In this document: positions 1 through 10,305 of the stretch, one piece after another | Layout of the letters: every line of letters starts with the position of its first letter | Position numbering within the stretch: position 1 is the first letter of the stretch | Assembly: GCA_036652795.1 (NCBI GenBank) | Contig: JAVVVD010000001.1 | Coordinates: 230,156 to 294,155, forward strand | DNA: 64,000 nucleotides | Source of the DNA: Clostridia bacterium | GTDB lineage: Bacteria; Bacillota; Clostridia; Christensenellales; CAG-138 | Direction of reading: 5' to 3' | Notes under the pieces: model-generated | Seen by the model: only the letters and a program-made list of their open reading frames with translations | Database searches by the model: none | What the model was told of the DNA's origin: nothing | Program-made: the position numbers and the translations under genes

Positions 1-1
1 A

Positions 2-2215
2 GAGATAATATCAATAGATACATCTGCGGCCGAGGCTATGGGCGCGGTGTGTCTTACCTACGATGACATCAACCCAATAATCTACAATGAACGAAGTGTA
101 AGCATTCCTGCGGCAACATATCGGGATAGAACTGTGCTGCCAAAGAAGGCACGCCATGTTGGCGAACCAATTGCTGCAGTTGCAGCGGACACAGAGGAGC
201 TTGCCTCAAAGGCGCTAAAGGCGCTTAAAGTAGAGTATAAGGTGCTTGATGCGGTCTATGACCCGAAAGAAGCCATGAAAGATGGCGCGCCACAGCTCTA
301 TGATAAGATATATCTTGGCGATGAGGTTGTGGAAGTACATAACAATATAGGCGTTGTTCGCAACATTGACGAAGGTGATTGCGACGCAGGGTTTGCACAA
401 GCGGACAGGATATTTGAAGAGGATTTTGCTCTTGAACGTATCTATCACGCGCAGATGGAAACCAAAGGTGCGGTATGCAAACCTGAGCCTGACGGAACGC
501 TAACAGTTTGGACTACCGCACAATCCATCCATGCTAACAGGCAGCTGCTAGGACGTATACTTGGTATGCCGCTCTCCAAGATTAATGTTAAAAAGCTTCC
601 ATTTGGAGGTGCGTTTGGCTCATCAATACAGGTAAACACAGTAACGCCGATATGCGCCTGTATTGCGCTTAAGGCGCGTCGTCCTGTTAAACTCATATCC
701 ACGCGCGAAGACGATTTCTATAGCCATCAAAAATACCCTTCCCAATTCCACGTAAAGATAGGCGTTACAAACGATGGCGTAATAACGGCTGCGCACGTAA
801 CCGCGCTTGTGGATTTTGGCGCACACCAGGTGCAGCCACTTCCGTATATGGGTTGTGTGGCGGGTTGGTTTGCTTCCCTATATAAATATCAGGGTAATAT
901 CCGTTTTAACGGTACGGCAGTATATACAAACAAAACGCCATGCTGCGCAATGCAGGGCTATGGTAATCCACAGATTAACTTTGCTATTGAAAGTATGATA
1001 GATATGATAAGTGAGGAGATGGGTTTTAGCCCAATTGACTTCCGCTTGAAAAACTATCGTGGTGTAGGTGATGAATTCTGGGGGCAGGGGCCTACGATAC
1101 GCTCAATAATAAAGAGCTGCGGCGTAGAGGAGAGCCTTGTAGAAGGCCGCAAGGTCACTGATTTCGATAATCGCATAAAGCCGGATCAGAAAACCGGTGT
1201 AAAACGGCGCGGCCTTGGTGTTGCCCGCGGATTTCATTGCTCCGGTACAGGCGGCCCCAAGGAGGGCGAGGTAATAGATTATTCAAGTGCTACCGTAAAG
1301 ATCAATGAAGATGGATCCATTGATCTTATAACGCCGGTTACGGATCACGGCGGTGGAACATGGGACGCGTTGCGTAAAATAGTGTCAGAGGTGCTTCAGG
1401 TGCCGCTGGATATGGTAGGACTTTCACCAGCAGAAACAATGAATACCGGCTACGATGTATGCACCCATGCTACACGTGGCGTATATTGTGGCGGTGCGGC
1501 AGCATACCATGTTGCGATGAAAGTCAAAGAGCAATTGCTTGAGATGGCGGGTAAGCTGATGGCTGAGCATGCGTACAATCTGGAGGTTGTGCGTAATGAG
1601 GAGCTAAATCAGGGCGTAGTGCAGGTTAAGGGCTATCCGCAAAAAAACATGACGATAGGCTATATAGCTAAGCAGATGCAGATTATGAGTTGGGGTACTA
1701 TGCAGTATTGCGACAGCTATCGACAGCGCAACTGCCCGCCGTGTTTCACGACCCACTTCGTTGAGGTAGAGGTGGATACGGAAACAGGCATCATCTCAGT
1801 GCCGAGCGTACTTATCTATGGCGATTGTGGTGTTGCTATCAATCCAATGCTGGTAAAGGGTCAGCTTATAGGTTCGTTCAACCGTGGTTTCGGGTATACG
1901 GTATATGAGAACCTAGCGCTCAATGAAGCTACTGGCGCACTGTGCAATAATGGCCTGATGATAGACTATAAAACTCCCACAGCCGCAGAGATGCCGCTGA
2001 TAGGCAATGTCAGGGTGGAAATATGCCATACGAATGAACCTACGGGTCCATTTGGCGCAAAAGGAATAGGCGAAGCGGCGCTTGCAAGCGTACAGGCCGC
2101 GATAGCAAATGCGATATACAATGCTGTTGGCATAAGATTCACAAAGCTGCCAATAACTCCTGAAGTGATGCTTGCAGCGCTCAAGGAGAAGGCTAAGAAG
2201 GAGGCGAAGGCATGA
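2..2215 (+). CDS. Xanthine dehydrogenase-family molybdopterin-binding (large) subunit, 5'-truncated by the window edge
   Basis: Frame is open from base 2 (EIISIDTSAAEAM...). Motifs GEPIAAVAA, HAQMET, FGGAFGS, MQGYGNPQ, GAKGIGEA. Confidence 0.92.
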   Translation, partial: EIISIDTSAAEAMGAVCLTYDDINPIIYNERSVSIPAATYRDRTVLPKKARHVGEPIAAVAADTEELASKALKALKVEYKVLDAVYDPKEAMKDGAPQLYDKIYLGDEVVEVHNNIGVVRNIDEGDCDAGFAQADRIFEEDFALERIYHAQMETKGAVCKPEPDGTLTVWTTAQSIHANRQLLGRILGMPLSKINVKKLPFGGAFGSSIQVNTVTPICACIALKARRPVKLISTREDDFYSHQKYPSQFHVKIGVTNDGVITAAHVTALVDFGAHQVQPLPYMGCVAGWFASLYKYQGNIRFNGTAVYTNKTPCCAMQGYGNPQINFAIESMIDMISEEMGFSPIDFRLKNYRGVGDEFWGQGPTIRSIIKSCGVEESLVEGRKVTDFDNRIKPDQKTGVKRRGLGVARGFHCSGTGGPKEGEVIDYSSATVKINEDGSIDLITPVTDHGGGTWDALRKIVSEVLQVPLDMVGLSPAETMNTGYDVCTHATRGVYCGGAAAYHVAMKVKEQLLEMAGKLMAEHAYNLEVVRNEELNQGVVQVKGYPQKNMTIGYIAKQMQIMSWGTMQYCDSYRQRNCPPCFTTHFVEVEVDTETGIISVPSVLIYGDCGVAINPMLVKGQLIGSFNRGFGYTVYENLALNEATGALCNNGLMIDYKTPTAAEMPLIGNVRVEICHTNEPTGPFGAKGIGEAALASVQAAIANAIYNAVGIRFTKLPITPEVMLAALKEKAKKEAKA

Positions 2216-3105
2216 ATACCAAAATACTTGAAAGAGAATTCGATTATCTTAAGCCTGCGTCGCTGGATGAGGCTAAGGCTATCCTCTCGCAAAAGAAAAA
2301 TGTAAAAATATTTGCAGGCGGTACAGATCTTATAGTGAAGCTAAAGGTTGGCGCATCCATCGACATGGACAATATGATGGATATAAATGCCATTGATGAG
2401 CTTAAAAAGATTACTGACTGTACCGAGTGCCGCGGAGTAAAAATTGGCGCGGCCGCAAAACTTACGGTTATTGAAAATGATACGCGCGTGACAGAGAGGT
2501 TTCAAGCGCTGGCGGAGGCAATACACAAGATGGCGTCGGTGTCAGTGCGCAACATGGGCACACTTGGCGGGAATTTTTGCAATGCTTCGCCGGTAGCGGA
2601 TGCGGTTGGACCATGCATGTGCTATAACGCTAAGGTTGTTCTTGACAGCGTGCGAGGCGAGCGCAAGGTTGACGCGGTAGATTTCTTCGTTGCCCCGGGA
2701 GTTACCGTTATGGAGCAGGACGAAATACTTACACAAATATGCTTGCCATCGCCCGAAAAAAATACTGGTGCGGCTTTTATCAAGCTGGGACGCGTTGCTT
2801 CTGATATTGCTAAAATCAGCATTACATGCGTGATAGAGCGCGATGGAAATAAAATAAAGGTATGCCGTATGGCGATGGGTTCAGTTGCGGCAAGGCCGCT
2901 CTTCCTGAAAAACATAGCTGATCTGCTTGCGGGCAAGCAGGTAACCAGCGCACTGATAGCGGATACGGCAGATAAAATATCAGAGTTTATAAAACCAATA
3001 GATGATAACCGTACCACCGCACAGTATCGCACGGATGTGGCAAAGGTAATTGCAAGGGATTGCATCGAGCTGGCGTGGAAACGCAGCGGAGGTGAAGTAA
3101 AATGA
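2212..3105 (+). CDS. XDH/CoxM-family FAD-binding (medium) subunit, set 1
   Basis: AGGTDL, RNMGTLGGN..NASPVAD, PIDDNR..A.YR motifs; ATGA overlap with the upstream gene. Confidence 0.92.
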   Translation: MNTKILEREFDYLKPASLDEAKAILSQKKNVKIFAGGTDLIVKLKVGASIDMDNMMDINAIDELKKITDCTECRGVKIGAAAKLTVIENDTRVTERFQALAEAIHKMASVSVRNMGTLGGNFCNASPVADAVGPCMCYNAKVVLDSVRGERKVDAVDFFVAPGVTVMEQDEILTQICLPSPEKNTGAAFIKLGRVASDIAKISITCVIERDGNKIKVCRMAMGSVAARPLFLKNIADLLAGKQVTSALIADTADKISEFIKPIDDNRTTAQYRTDVAKVIARDCIELAWKRSGGEVK

Positions 3106-3584
3106 GCATGCATGAAATCACATTGAAGGTAAATGGCAAACAGCACACATTGACGGTAAAGAGCAATGAGCTACTTCTAAATGTGCTGCGGGATAGGTTA
3201 TATCTTACAGGCGCAAAGTACGGTTGCGGAATAGCGGAATGCGGCGCTTGTACTATACTGCATGATAAACAGAGCGTGTTAAGCTGCCTAATACCTGCAA
3301 TAGTAGCGGATGGCTGGGAGATAACTACGGCGGAAGGATTGGCTGATGGTAATAAACTTTCGCACGTGCAGCAGGCGTTCTTGGATAATGGCGCCATTCA
3401 GTGCGGATTCTGTACGCCTGGCATGGTTGTGACATCCACTGCGCTGCTAAATGAAAACCCAAACCCGGATGAAGAGTATATCAAGGATTATCTGCGTGGT
3501 AATTACTGCCGCTGCACAGGGTATATATCAATAGTAAATGCAGTAAAAGACGCTGCAGACCGGATGAAGGAGGAAAAGGCATGA
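3102..3584 (+). CDS. XDH/CoxS-family 2Fe-2S (small) subunit, set 1
   Basis: GCGIAECGAC, QCGFCTPG, GNYCRCTGY. Confidence 0.95.
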   Translation: MSMHEITLKVNGKQHTLTVKSNELLLNVLRDRLYLTGAKYGCGIAECGACTILHDKQSVLSCLIPAIVADGWEITTAEGLADGNKLSHVQQAFLDNGAIQCGFCTPGMVVTSTALLNENPNPDEEYIKDYLRGNYCRCTGYISIVNAVKDAADRMKEEKA

Positions 3585-4441
3585 AGAACTTCGAGTATAT
3601 AAACGCATCCACATTAACAGATGCGCTAAAAGCGCTTGATGAGCTTGGCGAAAAGGCATTTCTTGTTGCCGGCGGCACCAATGTAATGGTGTATATACGT
3701 TCTGGCAAGCGAAATGATCGTACGCTTGTGAATATTCGGGGTATAGATGAGCTTAGAGGCATATCTGTGGATAACGGCGTGGTATGTATAGGTGCGCTTA
3801 CAACACTTACACAGATAAGCAAATCCGAAACACTCAAGGTTAACGCGCCAGGCCTGTATGCTGCCGGTAATGTGTTTGCAGACCCAACCACACGCAACAG
3901 TGCAACCATAGGCGGTAATGTTGCCAATGCCGGAGCAGGCGGTGACACGATACCATCGCTTATGGTGCTAAACGCGGTGGCGCATCTTAAATCGCTTAAT
4001 GGTGGGCGCGAGATACCGGTTTGTGATTTGTTCACAGGACCTGGTAGGACATGCATGGCTCCCAATGAGATACTTACACACTTTACATTTAAAGCAGAGC
4101 CTCATATTGGATTCATAAAGATGAGCATGCGAAACTCAATGTCAATCGCCATGGCTTCGGCGGCCGCATATGTGAAGCTGGAGGCAGATGGCACGATAGC
4201 GGATTGCCGATTGGCGCTCGGTGCTGTTGCGCCTACGCCGGTACGTGCGCGTAATGCTGAAAAGGCACTAATAGGCAACAAACTTGATGATGCGACTTTT
4301 GCACATATGGGTGAAGAGGTTCAGAAGGACATGAATCCGCGGGAGCCATCAGTACGCGCTACCGTAACTTATAGGCGCGAGGTGATGCCAGTGCTTGTGA
4401 AGCGTGCTCTTAAACTCGCCGCATATGGCGAGTGCATGTAA
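3581..4441 (+). CDS. XDH/CoxM-family FAD-binding subunit, set 2
   Basis: AGGTNV, RNSATIGGN, ALGAVAPTP motifs. Confidence 0.9.
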   Translation: MKNFEYINASTLTDALKALDELGEKAFLVAGGTNVMVYIRSGKRNDRTLVNIRGIDELRGISVDNGVVCIGALTTLTQISKSETLKVNAPGLYAAGNVFADPTTRNSATIGGNVANAGAGGDTIPSLMVLNAVAHLKSLNGGREIPVCDLFTGPGRTCMAPNEILTHFTFKAEPHIGFIKMSMRNSMSIAMASAAAYVKLEADGTIADCRLALGAVAPTPVRARNAEKALIGNKLDDATFAHMGEEVQKDMNPREPSVRATVTYRREVMPVLVKRALKLAAYGECM

Positions 4442-4455
4442 GGGAGGTAAGCAAA

Positions 4456-4944
4456 ATGAGCAACAAAATGAAGATAAACCTCAAGGTTAACGGTGAGAAT
4501 GTAACATACGAGATTGAGCCGCAGCAAAATCTCCTGCGGGTGCTTCGTGACAATTATATTTACGATGTCAAGTGCGGCTGTGAAGAAGGCGATTGCGGTA
4601 CCTGTACTGTGTTGCTGGATGGTGTTACCGTTAAAAGCTGCATAACGCTTGCCGCCGCCTGTGATGGGTGCGAAATATGGACAGATAAAGGCCTAGGATA
4701 CAACGATAGAGTAGCCGCAAGGTTGCAGGCGGCATTCGTTGAATGCGGTTCGGTACAGTGCGGATTCTGTACACCTGGTATGATTGTGGTTGGTGTAAGC
4801 TATTTAAAAAATGGCGGCAAGCCTGATAGGAATGCCATCAAGAAGGCGATCTCGGGCAATCTGTGCCGCTGCACAGGTTACGTAAAGATTGTTGACGCGA
4901 TATACAAGGTCGCAAAAGAGATTGAAGAGGGGGTGCTTGCATGA
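4456..4944 (+). CDS. XDH/CoxS-family 2Fe-2S subunit, set 2
   Basis: GCEEGDCGTC, QCGFCTPG, GNLCRCTGY; start moved to ATG 4456 downstream of the GGAGG RBS. Confidence 0.95.
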   Translation: MSNKMKINLKVNGENVTYEIEPQQNLLRVLRDNYIYDVKCGCEEGDCGTCTVLLDGVTVKSCITLAAACDGCEIWTDKGLGYNDRVAARLQAAFVECGSVQCGFCTPGMIVVGVSYLKNGGKPDRNAIKKAISGNLCRCTGYVKIVDAIYKVAKEIEEGVLA

Positions 4945-7244
4945 AGCGCAATCTGAAACTCGTAGGCAATGCAGTTCCGCGCCATGATGCGTGGGCAAAG
5001 GCAAAGGGCGAACAGCTTTACAGCGACGATTGGTCAATGCCCAATATGTTGTATGGCAAGGTGTTAAGGAGCAAATATCCAGCAGCCATAATCCATGGTA
5101 TAGATACAACCAAGGCTGAGGCTTTGCCCGGAGTACGCGCAGTTTTGACTGCCAAGGATGTGCCACATAACGAGGATATAACTAAGTTTGGCCAGATGCG
5201 TGATGTTGGCGGCGGATTTGAAGGACTTTACAAGGTGCTTGCCACAGGCAAGGTGCGCTCAAAGAGTGAAGCTATAGCGCTAGTTGCTGCGGAAACCGAG
5301 GAGATAGCGGCCGAGGCGTGTAAGCTGATTGAAGTGGATTATGAACCTACGGAGGGTGTATTTGACCCGCGTGAAGCTATAAAAGAGGGCGCATACCTTG
5401 TTTCGAGCGAGGATGAGAGTAACATTGTTATGCGGACGCAGGTACAAGATGGCGATGTGGAAAAAGCATGGGCAATGTGCGACGTTATTGTTGAAAACGA
5501 CTATGAAACAACCCCACACGAACATGCATATCTTGAAACCGAAGGCGGTATGGGATGGCTGGATGAAAACGGCGTTATAACGTTGCGCGTTGGCGTACAG
5601 GTGCTTGAGCATTTCCGTACGGTTGCCAAGATAATGGGTTTGCAGCATACAAAAGTAAGGAATATGAGCCTACCTATTGGCGGTGGCTTTGGCGGTAAAG
5701 AGGATATCACCGTCGAAACCTATCTGGCGCTGCTGATAAACAAAACGCGCAGACCAGTAAAGATGGTATGGAGCCGTGAAGAATCAATGGAGACACACGC
5801 TAAACGCCATCCGGAGTATCTGCATTATAAGACGGGTGCGACAAAAGACGGTAAGATAATCGCACAGGAAGTGTCAATAGTTATGGATAGCGGCAGCTAT
5901 ACATACCTTACTCCGTGGGTGCAGATGTATTCAACAAACGCTGCGGCAGGCCCATACAATATTCCCAATGTACACATAAAAAGCGTATCAGCGTTTACCA
6001 ACAATACGTTTTCAAGTGCGAACCGCGGATTTGGTGCCCCTCAGGTCAACTTCGCTTATGAACGGCAGATGGATCAGATAGCTCATAAGCTCGGTATCTG
6101 CCCTGTTGAGCTGCGCAAACGCAACATGATGCACAATGGCGACAAGCTGCCCACAGGCTTTATACCTCAGGGCCATATAGCGCTTGATGAGCTGATAGAT
6201 AAAGTTAACGCTTCGCTCAATAATACGCCTAAGCTAGATAGGCTGCCAGACGGACGAAAGGTTGGCAGGGCAATAGCTGTGGGCCATATGGTATATGGAC
6301 GCTTGACTTTTCTTCATGATTCATCCCGTCTATCTATCCGCCTTGAACTGGACGGAAGCGTAACGTTGCGTGCTGGAGTTCCAGATCTTGGTGGCGGCCA
6401 GGCCAGCGTACTTGTTCAAATAATCGCGGAAGAGCTTGGCTTGGAAATGGAGGATGTGCATCCATTCATAATGGATACCCACCTTACTCCGCTTTGCGGA
6501 ACAACAACGGCTACACGTCAGCTATACATGTCCGGTAATGCCGCGCTCAAGTGTGCAGGTATAATGAGGGATAGGATTCTTGAAAAGGCGTCCGAACTAC
6601 TCGGATATCCGGTTGAAAGTCTTGCGCTGGGCGATCGCAAGGTTTACCTTGTGAATAACCCAATGGTTAACATGCCATTCGTAAGCGTGGTCGGTAATTT
6701 GAGCAACGATGGCGGCGAGCTTGAGACTATAGCGCAGTTTAACGCGCCATTCACAGAGGTGCCTGACCTTTCAGATATCAAAGGGCAGCTTAACCCGGAT
6801 CTTACATATACGTGCCACGGCGTTGAGGTTGCGGTAGATGAGGAGACAGGCGAATTTGAGATACTTAGATTGATTGCCGGCATAGATGCAGGTAAGATGA
6901 TAAACAAAAATTCCTGCGAAGGCCAGGTTGAAGGCGGATGTGTATACAATGCGCTATGGGCGACTCATGAGGATCTTCAGTGGCGTGGTGGTATCACAAA
7001 GGCAAACAGCTTCTCAACTTACTTGATACCGACGTCAGTTGATGTGCCGGATGTTGAAACTGTAATACTTGAAAGTGGCGGCGGGCTTGGGCCTTACAAC
7101 GCGAAGGGCATTGGTGAACCTTCAGATAATTCGATAGCTCCCGCTGTGGTCAATGCGATCTGTGACGCTATTGGAAATGACAACGCACTTAACTTCATGC
7201 CAATAACGTTTGAAAAAATACTTAAAGCTGTAAAAACCAGATAA
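4941..7244 (+). CDS. XDH-family molybdopterin-binding (large) subunit, set 2
   Basis: HAYLET, IGGGFGGK, RGFGAPQ, GQVEGG, AKGIGEP motifs. Confidence 0.93.
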   Translation: MKRNLKLVGNAVPRHDAWAKAKGEQLYSDDWSMPNMLYGKVLRSKYPAAIIHGIDTTKAEALPGVRAVLTAKDVPHNEDITKFGQMRDVGGGFEGLYKVLATGKVRSKSEAIALVAAETEEIAAEACKLIEVDYEPTEGVFDPREAIKEGAYLVSSEDESNIVMRTQVQDGDVEKAWAMCDVIVENDYETTPHEHAYLETEGGMGWLDENGVITLRVGVQVLEHFRTVAKIMGLQHTKVRNMSLPIGGGFGGKEDITVETYLALLINKTRRPVKMVWSREESMETHAKRHPEYLHYKTGATKDGKIIAQEVSIVMDSGSYTYLTPWVQMYSTNAAAGPYNIPNVHIKSVSAFTNNTFSSANRGFGAPQVNFAYERQMDQIAHKLGICPVELRKRNMMHNGDKLPTGFIPQGHIALDELIDKVNASLNNTPKLDRLPDGRKVGRAIAVGHMVYGRLTFLHDSSRLSIRLELDGSVTLRAGVPDLGGGQASVLVQIIAEELGLEMEDVHPFIMDTHLTPLCGTTTATRQLYMSGNAALKCAGIMRDRILEKASELLGYPVESLALGDRKVYLVNNPMVNMPFVSVVGNLSNDGGELETIAQFNAPFTEVPDLSDIKGQLNPDLTYTCHGVEVAVDEETGEFEILRLIAGIDAGKMINKNSCEGQVEGGCVYNALWATHEDLQWRGGITKANSFSTYLIPTSVDVPDVETVILESGGGLGPYNAKGIGEPSDNSIAPAVVNAICDAIGNDNALNFMPITFEKILKAVKTR

Positions 7245-7512
7245 ATAACTCAAAAGAGCCGGGAGTGTGGATTATACCATTTCTTCCGGCTATGTTTGGT
7301 GCCGGAATATTTGTGTTGGCGCAATTTATTATTGATAACAATATTATAAAGAGTAACTATACATGGAGACTTTACATGCTTAACATGTGCTATGCATGGT
7401 ATATTATGCATAAAATAAAAGCTAAAATTCACACTAATTAAATTATAACTATACATAAAAACTCACGACATAGTAATGCAACTTTACATATACCTAAAAG
7501 AACAAATACGAC

Positions 7513-7556
7513 CAGCGCCTGTGAGATTGTGACCATAGGCGCTGCTTTAATTTTCA
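7513..7556 (+). terminator. Terminator-like hairpin in the intergenic region
   Basis: CAGCGCCTGTG...CATAGGCGCTG stem followed by a T-rich run. Confidence 0.5.
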
Positions 7557-7643
7557 CATTGCTCACTTTTACACGCGCTATTTGATTTGTTATGATTGGC
7601 AAATCATGCTATAATTACTCCATTACGAAAAGCGGAGCGTACG

Positions 7644-8948
7644 ATGAAACACCTTATTGTAAATGTGGACAAAGGATCAATTGCCCAGGAGCTTGGCATA
7701 GTTCCAGGTTGCTTTTTAGTTTCGATAAACTCCGAAGAAGTCCTGGATATAATAGATTACGAGCAGCTAAGCGCAAATGAAAAATTAACAGTATGCTTTG
7801 AAGCGCCAAATGGTGAGATAATAGAAGGCCAGATACATAAGGATGAATACGAATCGCTTGGTCTTGAGTTCCAATGTGGGCTGATGAGTCAGATAAGGAA
7901 CTGCAAAAATCGGTGCGTATTTTGCTTTATAGATCAAATGCCACGAGGAGTGCGCGACACGCTGCATGTAAAGGATGATGATTGGCGATTATCACTTATA
8001 ATGGGCAACTATATAACGCTAACAAACGTTGATGATAACGAGTTTGAACGCATAATACGGCGCAGGGTAAGTCCATTGTATATATCGGTTCATGCTACAG
8101 ACGGTGATGTACGCAGACGCATGATGGGAAATCCATCGGCAGAGCTGATATTGCAGCGGCTTAAGCGGCTAAAGCAGGAGAACCTTGCATTTCATTGCCA
8201 AATAGTGCTGTGCCCCGGAATAAATGACGGAGAGGTGCTAAAACGAACGCTTGCAGAGCTTTATGCGCTTAAACCGGCTGCAAAAAGTGTTGCCGTTGTT
8301 CCGGTTGGACTTACAAAGTACCGCGAAGGACTGCATTCATTGCGCTGCCTTACACGCGATGAGGCTGCTGCGGCAATAGCTGAGGTGGAGGGATATTCTT
8401 GCGATACCGATGCAGAAAGCGAAACTGCATTTGCCTATGCTTCGGATGAGCTGTACCTAACCGCCGGAGTAGAACTTCCATCATACGAGTACTATGGCGA
8501 TTTTGATCAACTTGAAAACGGAGTAGGTTTGCTGCGTAAATTTGAACATGAGTTCATATATGCGCTATCAGGACAGACTCCATTAAAAAAAGCAAGATGT
8601 TTTGCCTCCGCATGTGGAACAGCCGCTGCTCCGTTTATGCAAACGCTATTCAACAGGCTTAGAGAATATGGAATTACAATAACAGTAAATCCAGTAGTCA
8701 ATGATTATTTCGGTCATACCATCACGGTAAGTGGTCTGCTGTGCGGTATAGATCTGATAAAGCGGATTAGTAATGTGCCGGAAAGCACTGTGCTTATTCC
8801 GCGCAACATGATGAGAGAAGGAGAACATGTATTTTTGGACGGTATGCACCTGAACGAAGTTGAAAAACTGTCACAAAAACGCATAATACCAATGTGCGCT
8901 TTTGATGCAGAGGAATTCGTACAGCAGCTGTTTGAAATACATACTTGA
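7644..8948 (+). CDS. DUF512 family putative radical SAM Fe-S protein with N-terminal PDZ-like domain
   Basis: CKNRCVFCFIDQMP (CxxxCxxC), KDDDWRLS, GNYITLTN, QLENGVG; typical position upstream of der. Start set at ATG 7644 after GGAG. Confidence 0.85.
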   Translation: MKHLIVNVDKGSIAQELGIVPGCFLVSINSEEVLDIIDYEQLSANEKLTVCFEAPNGEIIEGQIHKDEYESLGLEFQCGLMSQIRNCKNRCVFCFIDQMPRGVRDTLHVKDDDWRLSLIMGNYITLTNVDDNEFERIIRRRVSPLYISVHATDGDVRRRMMGNPSAELILQRLKRLKQENLAFHCQIVLCPGINDGEVLKRTLAELYALKPAAKSVAVVPVGLTKYREGLHSLRCLTRDEAAAAIAEVEGYSCDTDAESETAFAYASDELYLTAGVELPSYEYYGDFDQLENGVGLLRKFEHEFIYALSGQTPLKKARCFASACGTAAAPFMQTLFNRLREYGITITVNPVVNDYFGHTITVSGLLCGIDLIKRISNVPESTVLIPRNMMREGEHVFLDGMHLNEVEKLSQKRIIPMCAFDAEEFVQQLFEIHT

Positions 8949-8956
8949 GGTGATTT

Positions 8957-10285
8957 ATGCCAAAACCATTAGTTGCGGTCGTTGGACGACCCAATGTCGG
9001 GAAATCGACATTTTTTAACAGAATAATAGGTAAACGTATAGCAATTGTAGAGGATACACCGGGAGTCACACGGGATCGTATTTATGGTGACGCTACATGG
9101 CTTACACATTCATTTATGCTTATAGATACGGGCGGAATCGAGCCGGTTAAGGATGATATCATAAGCACACAGATGCGCAGACAAGCTGAACTGGCGATTG
9201 AAACTGCGGACGTTATAATTTTTCTTGTTGACGGTCGGGAAGGTATAACTGCGGCTGATGAGGATGTGGCAAACATGCTACGGCGCTCAAAAAAACCGAT
9301 AGTACTGGCGGTAAACAAGGTTGACCATCCTAAATTTGAGGATACAATATATGATTTTTATTCGCTTGGTATAGGCACGCCAATATCTATATCCGGCGAA
9401 CAGGGACTTGGCCTGGGCGATTTGCTTGATGAAGTTGTTTCCTATTTTCCACAGAGCGAGGAGGAGCAATCCGACGCTCCTGTAAGTATAGCAGTTGTAG
9501 GAAAACCAAATGTAGGTAAATCAAGCCTGGTAAACATGCTGTTAGGCCACGAACGAACGATAGTAAGCAGTATCCCTGGCACAACACGCGATGCGATAGA
9601 CTCGCCATTTGAGTACGCAGGCGAACAGTATGTGCTTGTGGATACCGCCGGCATCCGCCGCAAACGTGCAATAGATGATGTATCAATCGAACGTTACAGC
9701 GTGATACGCTCACTGGATGCTATAAGGCGCGCAGATGTTGTTTTAATAGTGGTTGATGCCGAACAGGGACTTAGCGAACAGGATGTGCGCATAGCGGGAT
9801 ATGTACATGAGGAGGGCAAGGCCTCGGTACTTATAGTGAATAAGTGGGATCTTATCGAAAAGGATACCCACACAATGGATGCGTTTAAAAAAAAGCTGTA
9901 TTCAGATATAGCATTTATGGACTACGTGCCTATGTTGTTTATATCCGCACTTAGCGGCCAACGTGTTAACAAGGTAATGGAGATTGCGAAATATGCCTAT
10001 GCACAAAATTGCACGCGTATTTCAACAGGAATGCTAAACGATATAGTTTCTGAAGCCATTACTGTAACCGAGCCGCCTTCAGACAAGGGACGCAGACTTA
10101 AAATATACTATTCAACGCAGGTAGCCACAAAGCCGCCAACGTTTGTGATATTCGTAAATGAGCCGGAGCTTATGCATTTTTCATATAAAAGATATCTTGA
10201 AAACTATATCAGGAAATCTTTCAAGCTTGATGCAACGCCGATACGGCTGATAATACGGAAACGCACAAAGAATGATGAAGCATAA
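8957..10285 (+). CDS. der: Ribosome biogenesis GTPase Der (EngA)
   Basis: Two GTPase domains ([16 protein letters not shown]; DTGG/DTAG; NKVD/NKWD) plus KH-like C-terminus. Confidence 0.98.
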   Translation: MPKPLVAVVGRPNVGKSTFFNRIIGKRIAIVEDTPGVTRDRIYGDATWLTHSFMLIDTGGIEPVKDDIISTQMRRQAELAIETADVIIFLVDGREGITAADEDVANMLRRSKKPIVLAVNKVDHPKFEDTIYDFYSLGIGTPISISGEQGLGLGDLLDEVVSYFPQSEEEQSDAPVSIAVVGKPNVGKSSLVNMLLGHERTIVSSIPGTTRDAIDSPFEYAGEQYVLVDTAGIRRKRAIDDVSIERYSVIRSLDAIRRADVVLIVVDAEQGLSEQDVRIAGYVHEEGKASVLIVNKWDLIEKDTHTMDAFKKKLYSDIAFMDYVPMLFISALSGQRVNKVMEIAKYAYAQNCTRISTGMLNDIVSEAITVTEPPSDKGRRLKIYYSTQVATKPPTFVIFVNEPELMHFSYKRYLENYIRKSFKLDATPIRLIIRKRTKNDEA

Positions 10286-10305
10286 AGTTATAAAGAGGTA
10301 GGGCA

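Noticed and set aside
2-7244. Aerobic CO dehydrogenase (coxMSL)
   Set aside because: Neither large subunit has AYRCSFR (form I) or AYRGAGR (form II).
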